Source: Felis catus
Taxonomy: Eukaryota
NCBI RefSeq assembly: GCF_018350175.1
Contig: NC_058373.1
Location: 105,712,001 to 105,776,000, forward strand
Direction of reading: 5' to 3'
DNA length: 64,000 bases
A model generated the notes under the pieces. It saw only the letters and a program-made list of their open reading frames with translations. It was not told the DNA's origin and made no database searches. Below, piece by piece: positions 52,423 to 64,000 of this stretch; the stretch's first letter is position 1, and each line of letters starts with the position of its first letter. The translations under genes were made by a program, and so were the position numbers.

Positions 52423-55400
52423 TCAGGATCCACATAAGAGTGAAACCATATGGTATCTGTCCTTCTCTGTATGGCTTATTTCACTTAGCATCACACTCTC
52501 TAGTTCCATCCATGTTGCTACAAAGGGCCATATTTCATTCTTTCTCGTTGCCCTGTAGTACTCCATTGTGTATATAAACCACAATTTCTTTATCCATTCA
52601 TCAGTTGATGGACATTTAGACTCTTTCCATAATTTGGCTATTGTTGAGAGTGCTGCTATAAACATTGGGGTACAAGTGCCCCTATGCATCAGTACTCCTG
52701 TATCCCTTGGGTAAATTCCTAGCAGTGCTATTGCTGGGTCATAGGGTAGGTCTATTTTTAATTTTTTGAGGAACCTCCACACTGTTTTCCAGAGTGGCTG
52801 CACCAATTTGCATTCCCACCAACAGTGCAAGAGGGTTCCCGTTTCTCCACATCCTCTCCAGCATCTCTAGTCTCCTGATTTGTTCATTTTGGCCACTCTG
52901 ACTGGCGTGAGGCGATATCTGAGTGTGGTTTTGATTTGTATTTCCCTGATGGGGAGTGACGTTGAGCATCTTTTCATGTGCCTGTTGGCCATCCGCATGT
53001 CTTCTTTAGAGAAGTGTCTATTCATGTTTTCTGCCCATTTCTTCACTGGATTATTTGTTTTTCAGGTGTGGAGTTTGGTGAGCTCTTTATAGATTTTGGA
53101 TACTAGCCCTTTGTCCGATATGTCATTTGCAAATATCTTTTCCCATTCCGTTGGTTGCCTTTCAGTTTTGTTGATTGTTTCCTTTGTTATGCAGAAGTTT
53201 TTTATCTTCATGAGGTCCCAATAGTTCATTTTTGCTTTGAATTCCCTTGCCTTTGGGGATGTGTCAAGTAAGAAATTGCTGCGGCTGAGGTCAGAGAGGT
53301 CTTTTCCTGCTTTCTCTTCTAGTGTTTTGATGGTTTTCTGTCTCACATTCAGGTCCTTGATCCATTTTGAGTTTATTTTTGTGAATGGTGTAAGAAAGTG
53401 GTCGAGTTTCATTCTTCTGCATGTTGCTGTCCAGTTCTCCCAGCACCATTTGTTACAGAGATTGTCTTTTTTCTATTGGATGTTCTTTCCTGGTTTGTCA
53501 AAGATGAGTTGGCCATACATTTGTGGGTCTAGTTCTGGGGTTTCTATTCTATTCCATTGGTCTATGTGTCTGTTTTTGTGCCAGTACCATGATGATTACA
53601 GCTTTGTAGTAGAGGCTAAAGTCTGGAATTGTGATGCCTCCTGCTTTGGTCTTCTTCAAAATTACTTTGGCTATTCGAGGCTTTTTGTGGTTCCATATGA
53701 ATTTTAGGATCACTTGTTCTAGCTTCGAGAAGAACGCTGGTGCAATTTTGATTGGGATTGCATTGAATGTGTAGATAGCTTTGGGTAGTATTGACATTTT
53801 AACAATATTTATCCTTCCAACCCATGAGTACGGAATGTTTTTCCATTTCTTTATATCTTCTTCAATTTCTTTCATAAGCTTTCTATAGTTTCAGCATACA
53901 GATCTTTTACATCTTTGGTTAGATTTATCCCTAGGTATTTTATGCTTCTTGGTGCAATTGTGAATGGGATCAGTTTCTTTATTTGTCTTTCTGTTGCTTC
54001 ATTATTAGTGTATAAGAATGCAACTGATTTCTGTACATTGATTTTGTATCCTGCAACTTTGCTGAATTCATAGCAGACTTCTGGTGGAGTCTATCGGATT
54101 TTCCATGCATAATAACATGTCATCTGCAAAAAGTGAAAGCTTGACTTCATCTTTGCCAATTTTGATGCCTTTGATTTCCTTTTGTTGTCTGATTGCTGAT
54201 GCTAGCACTTCCAACACTATGTTAAACAACACCGGTGAGAGTGGACATCCCTGTCGTGTTCCTGATCTCAGGGAAAAAGCTCTCAGTTTTTCCCCATTGA
54301 GGATGATGTTAGTTGTGGGCTTTTCATAAATGGCTTTTATGATCTTTAAGTATGTTCCTTCTATCCCGACTTTCTCGAGGGTTTTTATTAAGAAAGTTTG
54401 CTGAATTTTGTCAAATGCTTTTCTGTATCGATTGACAGGATCAGATGGTTCTTATCTTTTCTTTTATTAATATGATCTATCACGTTGATTGATTTGCGAA
54501 TGTTGAACCAGCCCTGCATCCCAGGAATGAATCCCACTTGATCATGGTGAATAATTCCTTTTATATGCCGTTGAATTCGATTTGCTAGTATCTTATTGAG
54601 AATTTTTGCATCCATATTCATCAGGGATATTGGCCTGTAGTTCTCTTTTTTTACTGGGTCTCTGTCTGGTTTAGGAATCAAAGTAATTCTGGCTTCATAG
54701 AATGAGTCTGGAAGTTTTCCTTCCCTTTGTATTTTTTGGAATAGCTTGAGAAGGATCGGTATTATCTCTGCTTTAAATGTCTGGTAGAACTCTCCTGGGA
54801 AGCCATCTGGTCCTGGACTCTTATTTGTTGGGAGATTTTTGATAACTGATTCAATTTCTTCGCTGGTTATGGGTCTGTTCAAGCTTTCTATTTCCTCCAG
54901 TTTGAGTTTTGGAAGCATGTGGGTGTTTAGGAATTTGTCCATTTCTTCCAGGTAGTCCAGTTCGTTGGTATATAATTTTTCATAGTATTCCCTGATAATT
55001 GCTTGTATCTCTGAGGGATTGGTTGTAATAATTCCATTTTCATCCATGATTTTATCTATTTGGGTCATCTCCCTTTTCTTTTTGAGAAGCCTGGCTAGAG
55101 GTTTATCAATTTTGTTTATTTTTTCAAAAAACCAACTCTTGGTTTCATTGATCTGCTCTACAGTTTTTTTAAATTATATATTGTTTATTTTTGCTCTGAT
55201 CTTTATTATTTCTCTTCTTCTGCTGGGTTTGGGGTGTCTTTGCTGCTCTGCTTCTAGTTCCTTTAGGTGTGCTGTTAGATTTTGTATTTGGGATTTTTCT
55301 TGTTTCTTGAGATAGGCCTGGATTGCAATGTATTTTCCTCTCAGGACTGCCTTCGCTGCATCCCAAAGCGTTTGGATTGTTGTATTTTCATTTTCATTTG

Positions 55401-56226
55401 TTTGCATATATTTTTAAATTTCTTCTCTAATTGCCTGGTTGACCCATTCGTTCTTTAGTAGGGTGTTCTTTAACTTCCATGCTTTTGGAGGTTTTCCAGA
55501 CTTTTCCCTGTGGTTGATTTCAAGCTTCATAGCATTGTGGTCCAAAAGTATGCATGGTATGATCTCAATTCTTGTATACTAATGAAGGGCTGTTTTGTGA
55601 CCCAGTATGTGATCTATCTTGGAGAATGTTCCATGTGCACTCGAGAAGAAAGTATATTCTGTTGCTTTGGGATGCAGAGTTCTAAATATATCTGTCAAGT
55701 CCATCTGATCCAATGTATCATTCAGGGCCCTTGTTTCTTTATTGACCGTGTGTCTAGATGATCTATCCATTGTTGTAAGTGGGGTATTAAAGTCCCCTGC
55801 AATTACCACATTCTTGTCAATAAGGTTGCTTATGTTTGTGAGTAATTGTTTTATAAATTTGGGGGCTCCTGTGTTCGGCGCATAGACATTTATAATTGTT
55901 AGTTCTTCTTGATGGATAGACCCTGTAATTATTATATAATGCCCTTCTTCATCTCTTGTTACAGCCTTTAATTTAAAGTCTAGTTTGTATGATATATGTG
56001 TGGCTACTCCAGCTTTCTTTTGGCTTTCAGTGGCATGATAAATAGTTCTCCATCCCCTCACTCTCAATCTGAAAGTGTCCTCAGGCCTAAAATGAGTCTC
56101 TTGTAGACAACAAATAGATGGGTCTTGCTTTTTTATCCATTCTGATACCCTATGTCTTTTGGTTGGTGCATTTAGTCCATTTACATTCAGTGTTATTATA
56201 GAAAGATATGGGTTTAGAGTCATTGT
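52423..56226 (-). pseudogene. L1 ORF2 remnant (endonuclease/reverse transcriptase), broken
   Basis: Pieces 55579-56277, 55174-55407, 54388-55068 ([17 protein letters not shown]), 53549-53875, 53062-53412 and 52423-52830. Confidence 0.93.
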
Positions 56227-56279
56227 GATGTCTGTAGGTTTCATGCTTGTAGTGATGTCTCTGGTAGTTTGTCTCACAG

Positions 56280-57074
56280 GATCCCCCTTAGGATCTCTTG
56301 TAGGGCTGGTTTAGTGGTGACGAATTCCTTCAGTTTTTGTTTGTTTGAGAAGATCTTTATCTCTCCTTCTATTCTAAATGACATATTTGCTGGATAGAGG
56401 ATTCTTGGCTGCATATTTTTTTCTGTTCATCACATTGAAGATTTCCTGCCATTCCTTTCTGGCCTGCCAAGTTTCAGTAGAGAGATCCGTCACGAGTCTT
56501 ATCAGTCTCCCTTTATATGTTAAAGCATGTTTATCCCTAGCTGCTTTCAGAATTTTCTCTTTATCCTTGTATTTTGCCAGTTTCACTATGATATGTCGTG
56601 CAAAAGATCGATTCAAGTTCCATCTGAAGGGAGTTCTCTGTGCCTCTTGGATTTCAATGCCTTTTTCCTTCCCCAGATCTGGGAAGTTCTCAGCTATTAT
56701 TTCTTCAAGTACACCTTCAGCACCTTTCCCTCTCTCTTCCTCCTCTGGAATACCAATTATGTGTATATTATTTCTCTTTAGTGCATCACTTAGTTCTCTA
56801 ATTTTCCCCTCATACTCCTGGATTTTTTTATCTCTCTTTTTCTCAGCTTCTTCTTTTTCCATAATTTTAGCTCCTCCTGGCTCTTCCTTAGTCCCTTGAC
56901 CTCTGTGGCAATAGATTCTCTGCTGTCCTGTATACTGTTTTCAAGCCCAGCGATTAATTTTATGACTATTATTCTAAATTCACTTTCTGTTATATTGTTT
57001 AAATCGTTTTTGATCAGTTCGTTAGCTGTCATTATTTCCTGGAGGTTTTTTTGAGGGGAATCCTTCTGTTTCAT
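56280..57074 (-). pseudogene. L1 ORF1 remnant (frameshifted)
   Basis: ORF-track pieces 56790-57146 and 56374-56862 (RNNIHIIGIPEEEE, EIIAENFPDL, RHIIVKLAK) are in different frames. Confidence 0.9.
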
Positions 57075-57982
57075 CATTTTGGGTAGTCCCTGGAGTGGTG
57101 TGGAACTTCGGGGCACTTCCCCTGTGCTGTCTTGAGTAACTTGCATTGGTGAGCGGGGCAGCAGTCAGACCTGATGTCTGCCCCCAGCCGACCGCTGGGG
57201 CCACAGTCAGACTGTACTTTCTCTTCCCCTCTCCTAGGGGCGGGATTCACTGTGGGGCCCGTCTGGTCTACTTGCACACTGCCAGGCTTGTGGTGCTGGG
57301 GATCTGGCGTATTAGCTGGGGTGGATCGGCAAGGTGCACGGGGGCGGGAGGGGCAGGGTCAGCTGGCTTTTCCTTCAGAGATCTGCTTAGCGAGGGGCCC
57401 TGCGGCACCGGGAGGGAGTCAGACCTGCCACTGGAGGGATGGATCTGCAGAAGCACAGCGTTGGGTGTTTGCGCGGTGCAAGCAAGTTCTCTGATGGGAA
57501 CTGGTTCCCTTTGGGATTTTGGCTGGGGGATGAGTGAGGGAGATGGCGCAGTTGAGCGCCTTTGTTCCCCGCCAAGCTGAGCTCTGTCGTCGGGGGTCAA
57601 CAACTCTCCCTCTCGTTGTCCTCTAGCCCTCCCATTCTCCAAGCAGAGCTGTTAACTTATTACCTTCCAGATGTTAAGTCCCGCTTACTGTCAGAACACA
57701 CTCTGTCCGGCCCCTCCGCTTTTGCCAGCCAGACTCGGGGGCTCTGCTTGGCCGGCGGGCTGCCCCTCCGCCCCGGCTCCCTCCTGCCAGTCCGTGGAGC
57801 ATGCACCGCCTCTCTGCCCTTCCTACCCTCCTCCGTGGGCCTCTCATCTGCGCTTGTCTCCGGAGACTCCATTCTGCTAATCCTCTGACAGTTTTCTGGG
57901 TTATTTAGGCAAGTGTGGGTGGAATCTAAGTGATCCACAGGATGCAGTGAGCCCAGCGTCCTCCTACACCACCATCTTCTCC

Positions 57983-58190
57983 TTTCATCTGTTTATTCAT
58001 TTTTGAAAGACAGAGACAGAGTGTGAGCAGGGGAGAGGCAGAGAGAGAGAAGGAGACAGAGAATCTGAAGCAGGGTCCAGGCTCTGAGATTTTAGCACAG
58101 AGCCTGATGTGGAGCTCGAACCCATGAACCATGAGATCATGACCTGAGCTAAAGTCAGACGTTCAACTGACTGAGCCACCCAGGCACCCC
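57983..58190 (-). mobile_element. Can-SINE body whose tail was split by the full-length L1
   Basis: TSD ctcaatggttttt at 58191-58203 and 52053-52065. Confidence 0.9.
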
Positions 58191-58257
58191 CTCAATGGTT
58201 TTTAAACCACTCCAAGTCATTTCAGTGTGCAACAAGGTTGAGAACCATGGATCCAGA

Positions 58258-58478
58258 CCAATCGTTCTTAACTGGAGTGATTTTTGCCTTCCAAGAAGGA
58301 CATTAGGCAATGTCTAGACGCATATTCAATTGTCACAACTCAGGAGGAAGTGCTACTAGCATCTAGGTGGTCAAGGCTGGGGATGCTCTTAAATATTCTA
58401 CAATGCATAAGTCAGGCCCTCACCACAAAGAATTATTGGGTCCAAAATGTCATTAGTATCAAGGCTGAAAAACTCTGA
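58258..58478 (+). mobile_element. MER20-like hAT relic
   Basis: ggacattaggcaatgtctagac...tgtcacaact...tgctactagcatctag...aagaattat...ccaaaatgtca pattern. Confidence 0.8.
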
Positions 58479-58486
58479 TCTAGATG

Positions 58487-58669
58487 ACTGGCTCTCAAAG
58501 CATGGTCCCAGGAATAGCAGCATCAATGTTATCTGGGAATTTTTAGGAATGCAGATACTCAGGCCCCATCCATGAGTTCTGAATCAGGAACTCTGGGATA
58601 GGTCCATGAGTCTGTTTTAACAAGCCCTGCAGGTGATAAAGATGCACACAAAAGTTTAAGAGACACTGA
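58487..58669 (+). mobile_element. MER5A-like hAT relic
   Basis: tctcaaagcatggtccc...agcagcatca...atgcagatactcaggcccc...tctgttttaacaagccct pattern. Confidence 0.8.
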
Positions 58670-58689
58670 CCTAAAGCCTGATTGACCCT

Positions 58690-59850
58690 GAAGATTAAAA
58701 TGTGAAAAACTTCTGCCTTTCAAAAGAAACTGTTAAAACAATGGAGAGACTAACTACAGACTGGGAGAAAATGTTTGCAAATTATATACCCAGTAAAAGG
58801 GTGTGCATCTAGAATATTTAAGAATTCTTAAAATTCAGTAATACTTCAGTATTTTTAAATGGGAAAAAGACTTAAACACACCTTTACCAGTAAAAAAATA
58901 TACACAAGGCAAACAAGCACATTAAAAAATGCTAAGAAAAAAATCCTAAGTATTAGTCATTAGGACAATGCAGGATCATAACAGCAATGAGATACCAACA
59001 CACATGTAACATAACAGTTCAAAAGAAAAAGATTGACCACACCAAGTGTTGGCAAGGATATGGAGGAACTGGAACTCTCATACGTGAAATGGGAACATGA
59101 GATGGTAGAATCACCTTTAAAAACAGTTTTTGGCAATTCCTTAAAAAAATTAAGTGTACATTTACTTTATGATCTAGCCTTTTCATTACTAGGTATTTGC
59201 TTAAAAGAAATGAACGCTTGGGGCGCCTGGGTGGCTCAGTCGGTTATGCGGCCGACTTCGGCTCAGGTCACGATCTCGCAGTCCGTGAGTTCGAGCCCCA
59301 CGTCGGACTCTGGGCTGACAGCTCAGAGCCTGGAGCCTGCTTCGGATTCTGTGTCTCCCTCTCTCTGACCCTCCCCCGTTCATGCTCTGTCTCTCTCTGT
59401 CTCAAAAATAAATAAACGTTAAAAAAAATGAAAAAAAAAAAAAGAAATGAACGCTTATGTCCTTTCAAAGATTAGTACATAAATATTCATTGCAACCTTA
59501 TCTGTAATAGCTCAAAACTACACAACATGGATAAACCTCAAAGTAATTATTCTTACTGAAAGAAGCCACACCAAAAAAAAAAAAAAAAAAAGACAACATA
59601 CCATATGATTTACAGAAAATTCTAGGAAATGCAAGCTATTGTAGAGTGACAGAAAGCAGACCTGTTAGGGTCTAAGGTCAGAGGTCAGGATAGGGTATGG
59701 AGAGCTGGGTAAGTCAGACCATCAAAGGAAATGAGGAAACTTTTAGAGTTGGTAGACAAATTCATTATCATAATTGTGATTGTGGTTTCACAGGTGGATA
59801 CATATGTCAAAACTTATGAAGTTGTCCAAAGTTTATTTTCGTCAGTTAAA
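58690..59850 (+). mobile_element. Ancient L1 3' region with inserted SINE
   Basis: ctacagactgggagaaaatgtttgcaaa and caagtgttggcaaggatatggagg motifs. Confidence 0.75.
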
Positions 59851-60326
59851 CCTGTTTTTAAAAGAAGGAGGGGAGGGGCCTCTGGGTGGCTCAGTTGGTT
59901 AAGCATTTGACTCTTGACTTCAGCTGAGATCATGATCTCATGGTTGTGAAATCAAGCCTCACATCAGGCTCTGTGCTAGCATGGAGACTGCTTGGGATTC
60001 TCTCTCTCTCCCTCTCTCTCTATGCCCCTCCCCTGCACGCACACATGTGAGTGTACACACCCCTCTCTGTCTCTCAAAATAAATAAATAACCATTTTAAA
60101 AAAAGGAGGAGGGGAGGTGCCTGGGTGGCTCACTCGGTTAAGCGTCTGACTCTTGATTTCAGTTCAGGTCACGATCTCACAATTCATGAGTTCTAGCCCT
60201 GCATCGGGCTATGTGCTGACAGCATGGAGCCTGCTTGGGATTCTCTGTCTCCTTCTCTCTCTGCCCCTCCAAAACTCATGCTCTCTGTCTCCAGAATAAA
60301 CAAACATCTAAAAAAAAAAAAAAAAA
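59220..60326 (+). mobile_element. Three SINEs (59220-59442, 59876-60105, 60113-60326)
   Basis: TSD aaaagaaatgaacgctt on the first. Confidence 0.9.
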
Positions 60327-60418
60327 GAGGGGAAGCTGTAAAACTCCTATCAAGTTAAAAACTGGACAAGCTAAATTAAAGTGTATAGGGATCCACATAG
60401 GGTGATAAAACCATAAAG

Positions 60419-60948
60419 CAGTAGTTCTCAGACTTTTTTGTCTCAAGATGCCTTTCCACTCCTAAAAATTATCGAGTGCAAACAGCTCAAAGGCTTTTGT
60501 TGATAAACTATTCTTTAGGAAAAGCACAATACCTCAGTAATCAGCAGAAGTGCAGTAAGCATACTTTCTCATTTTCTCCATAATATTAATATCAGGAAAA
60601 AAATTTAATTTTACAGAATATTAAAAATTCATGTACTCAAGACTCATAACTTAATAGTTTTTAAATTACTAGATTAAGACATTCTTAAGTGAGGCTGGCT
60701 TTTTTTTTTTAACCACGCATGCCTCATGTTCAAGAATATAATGACTGTTAGTACAGTCAGCTGCTGTCGCCTTGATATTTGTGGTGTCAGCAGTTTTAAC
60801 ACCATCTCTCTCCATCAGTACAAACGTCAATACAGTAAAAAAGGCAAATTATGTCTTAGTATTATTATGAAAACAGTTTTGATCTTGTAGACGTGCAGAA
60901 AGGTTTGGGGGCTCCTGGAAGTTACAGTCCACGCTTTAAGAACCACTG
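60419..60948 (+). mobile_element. hAT-Charlie family relic
   Basis: Terminal inverted ends CAGTAGTTCT and AGAACCACTG. Confidence 0.65.
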
Positions 60949-61139
60949 CTGTTAAGAAATGCAGCGAAGTGATTCCTGTATAAGTCAGTACAGTGGTTAT
61001 TTTCGGGAGGATGGAAGGATGGGGCACATGAACGGCATTCCAAGTTGTATTAACACCTTATAATTAATCACTAAGCTGATGCAGTTCATTATATATCCTT
61101 CCAGAATTTTCTCAATGTATACACAAACATATGTATACA

Positions 61140-63057
61140 GGATTTTTCCAGCTTTATTGAGATATAACTGACATAGAACCTTATATAAGTTTAAGGTGTG
61201 CACCAATCTATGGTACTGTACTGTAAAAAAAATCCACATTTAAGTGGACCCTGTGCAATTCAAACTAGTGCTGTTGAAGGGTCAACTCTTTATCTTTCTC
61301 TCCTACTTATGTCACTCAGCATAATGCCCTCAAAGTCCATCCATGTTGTTGCAAATGGCAGTATTTACTTCCTTCTCATAGCTGAATAATAATTCATTGT
61401 ATATGAATTATATACAATACAATAATACAATACAATAATAATTCATTGTATTGTAATGTATCTACAATTATATGTGTGTGTATCTTTATCCATTTATCTG
61501 TCAAAAGACACTTAGGTTTTTTCCATGCCTTGGCAATTGTGAGTAATGCTGCAGAGAACATGAGAGTGTAGCTACCTCTTTAAGATAGTTACCCTTTCCT
61601 TTGGACATATACCCAGAAGGGGGATTGCTAGATAATATGGTAGTTCTATTTTTAAATTTTTGAGGAACCTCCATACTATTCTCCAGAGTGGCCGCACCGG
61701 TTTACATTCCCACCGGCAAGGCACAAGGACTTTTTATTCTCCGTAACCTTGCCAGCATTTGTTGTCTCTGGTCTTTTTTACTTTTTAAATTCTTTATCTG
61801 GTAAATTGCAGAACGCTGTCTTTGGGTTTGGGTACCAGGAAATTATTGTGATCCTTTAGCGGTGTCACGTTGCTTTGATTTTTCATGGGCTTTGAAGTTT
61901 TGCGTTGCTGTCTTGTCATTTGAAATAGCAGACACCCCCTCCAGTTTTACTAGCTTCAAGATAGAAATACTTTCTGTCAACCTTGCTGGAGATTCCGAGG
62001 CGATCTCAGACCTTGTAAGTGTGTACCTGTTCTTTCTCGCTCTTTCGGCAGAATGCTTAAGCCAATGTGCCTTCTCTGGAGCCTCAACACATCCAGCTGA
62101 GTGCTGACAGCCTCTCTTTTGTTCTTCCAAAGCTGACACTAAAGCTCAAATTTGTGGTCCCTGTCTGGCCCACGTATTTGGCTGACTTTCTGCACTTGTT
62201 CAGTAGCCTTGACACATGACTTCACACATGTCAGAAATGTACACAGGGGGCTGGCCATAGGGTAAGGAGAGTGTGTGGGTGAGACACAGAGCCCTGGGGG
62301 GCCTGTGGGCCAGTGAGGCGTTCCCAGTGGTCAGAGCTGGGCTTCTTGATGGAATCTGAGACACAGTTAGGATCTGTGTTCCTTTAATGCCCCAAGAGTA
62401 CTCTTCAGCCTCTCCCCACCCCCCTGCCCCAGTCACATAGCTCACAATTCAGTCCTCTGAATGTGGTGAGAGAGAAATGCGCCCCTTCGGCAGCATCCCA
62501 CACAGAGAAACTCGAGTGCTCACTCTCATTCTCTCTCTTTCCCCCACAGGGTAAAACATAGGCAGAGAAAGATCTTTTTTGGCCCTCAGCTGGGCCACTT
62601 TAAGGTAGAGGTGATACAAGCAAAGTCAAATTGTTCCTCTTATCAATTCAAATGTGGCCAAACTTGTTTTGTTTGTCTGATTTTTTTTTTTTTTTTTTCT
62701 CTCCAGTGGAGTGCTGGAACTTTTCCTCTGGAAACGTAGAGGTCCACAAAGGTTCTCTCACCTAGGAGTGATTGTCTTAGTCAGTGTTCTCTAGAAAGCA
62801 CAGCAGCCAAGGGGAATTAGAGGTGGTTCATAGACCACTGGAGGGTCCACAGCTGGGACCAAGGCTTCTCTGCCTATTACCTGGCATACAGGTGGGCTAG
62901 ATGCCTCTTGGGTCCCTTGGTATATGGGGCTGGATCCCACAGCTCCCTCAAAGGCACTCTTGTCCATGGATGGATGCCAAATTTTTGTTGTTGGGGGAAC
63001 AGGGCCAAAAACAAGGGATATCTTATGCTACCATGATGCTGATATCACTCCCTACAC
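61140..63057 (-). mobile_element. Old L1 fragments (3' end plus probable 5'/ORF1-start region)
   Basis: Antisense L1 3' motifs at 61140-61780; the downstream part is recognised with less certainty. Confidence 0.55.
61214..61288 (-). mobile_element. Tigger2-type terminal fragment
   Basis: Reverse complement AGTTGACCCTTCAACAGCAC...GGGTCCACTTAAATGTGG resembles the start of the element at 50242. Confidence 0.7.
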
Positions 63058-63524
63058 AGTATTTTTTAAAATTTTATTATCTCTTTAGCTTCAAAATTAT
63101 AGACACCTCTCTGTGATGGTATTTTAAAAAGCTACTTAATGAAGTCTAATGACTTAATTGTATTCCATTCTTTTCATAATTTACTTATGTTTAAATTATT
63201 ATAATGTATCTACAATTATATCATGTTAAATTATATTTATATTAATAATTTAAACAAACTATTCACAAACTTTTTAAATCTCTCCTGCCCATTCACAAAC
63301 TTGTAAACAGAACTTTAATAGTGGTTAAAATGGATTTGTCATGATAATGAAACATGCTAAAAAGAAAAAAACTGTATATATTCTGTATAACTTCTAATCG
63401 TTTTACATTTTTTAAGCATCTAGCAAAACTTTCATATTATTATGGGTACATGTGAATTTTCATCTTTAGCATTTAACAGTTAGTTTGTTCTTATTGCTAG
63501 TTATATATTGTGTAAAGAAGTTTT

Positions 63525-63754
63525 ATTTTTTTAATTTTTTTTTAATTTTTTTTTTAATGTTTATTTATTTTTGAGACAGAGACAGAGCATGAACGGGGGA
63601 GGGGCAGAGAGAGAGGGAGACACAGAATCTGAAACAGGCTCCAGGCTCTGAGCTGTCAGCACAGAGCCCGACGCGGGGCTCGAACTCACGGACCGTGAGA
63701 TCATGACCTGAGCCAAAGTCGGATGCTTAACCAACCGAGCCACCCAGGCGCCCC
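63525..63754 (-). mobile_element. Can-SINE
   Basis: TSD aagaagttttatttt. Confidence 0.92.
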
Positions 63755-64000
63755 AAGAAGTTTTATTTTTGAGTGAGGGGCCAGAAACTGTTGTATGCAG
63801 TTTGTTTACTATCTTATCCCCAGTTGTAATAATTCTCTGGCTTACAGAACACAACTTTATTCGCTGTAAAAGTTAAATATGTAAAAACTGATTTATGTAA
63901 TCTTGTTTCATAAATGGGGAGACAGGCACTAAGAACAAAAAACTAAGTCTAAAATATTTTAAACATTTGGGATCAAGTGATTAGCTTTAGCCGACAATTA

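Larger units (their letters stand above)
52187..57982 (-). mobile_element. Near full-length felid LINE-1, disabled
   Basis: GC-rich 5' UTR (~57080-57982), ORF1 fragments, ORF2 endonuclease (SIITLNVNGLN, AGDFNTPL), RT-region and C-terminal fragments, 3' UTR and A tail; multiple stops and frameshifts. Confidence 0.97.

Noticed and set aside
52187..57982. Retrotransposition-competent L1
   Set aside because: ORF1 is frameshifted and ORF2 is broken into several pieces.
57..63854. Dozens of 60-115 aa ORFs with motifs such as GAWVAQSV, ERERE, LSLSL and YIYIY
   Set aside because: They are translations of Can-SINEs and microsatellites, not genes.

Overview
Repeat-rich, AT-rich mammalian genomic DNA from a felid, judged from about 46 Can-SINE/SINEC_Fc-type tRNA-derived SINEs and felid-type L1s. 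Older L2, MIR, MLT and DNA-transposon relics are also present. The main non-repeat content is an intron-containing two-pore-domain (K2P/KCNK) potassium channel gene on the + strand that the ORF track only shows in fragments. Three exons (35691-35882, 47007-47121, 49512-49678) splice in frame to give M1, cap, pore 1 (TIGYG) and M2. Their sizes and phases match what I recall for the TALK clade (KCNK16-like), but the protein is only about one-third identical to KCNK16 as recalled, so it looks like an extra paralog. This copy has an in-frame TAA and an apparent ATG>ATA start loss, so it is probably a unitary pseudogene. Exons for M3-P2-M4 are not in the window. The third intron holds a full-length ferritin light chain retrocopy with a mutated IRE, inserted in a Tigger2 element, and a near-full-length disabled L1 with an apparent short 3' transduction. 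All family names and reference comparisons are from memory, not database searches; repeat boundaries are approximate.
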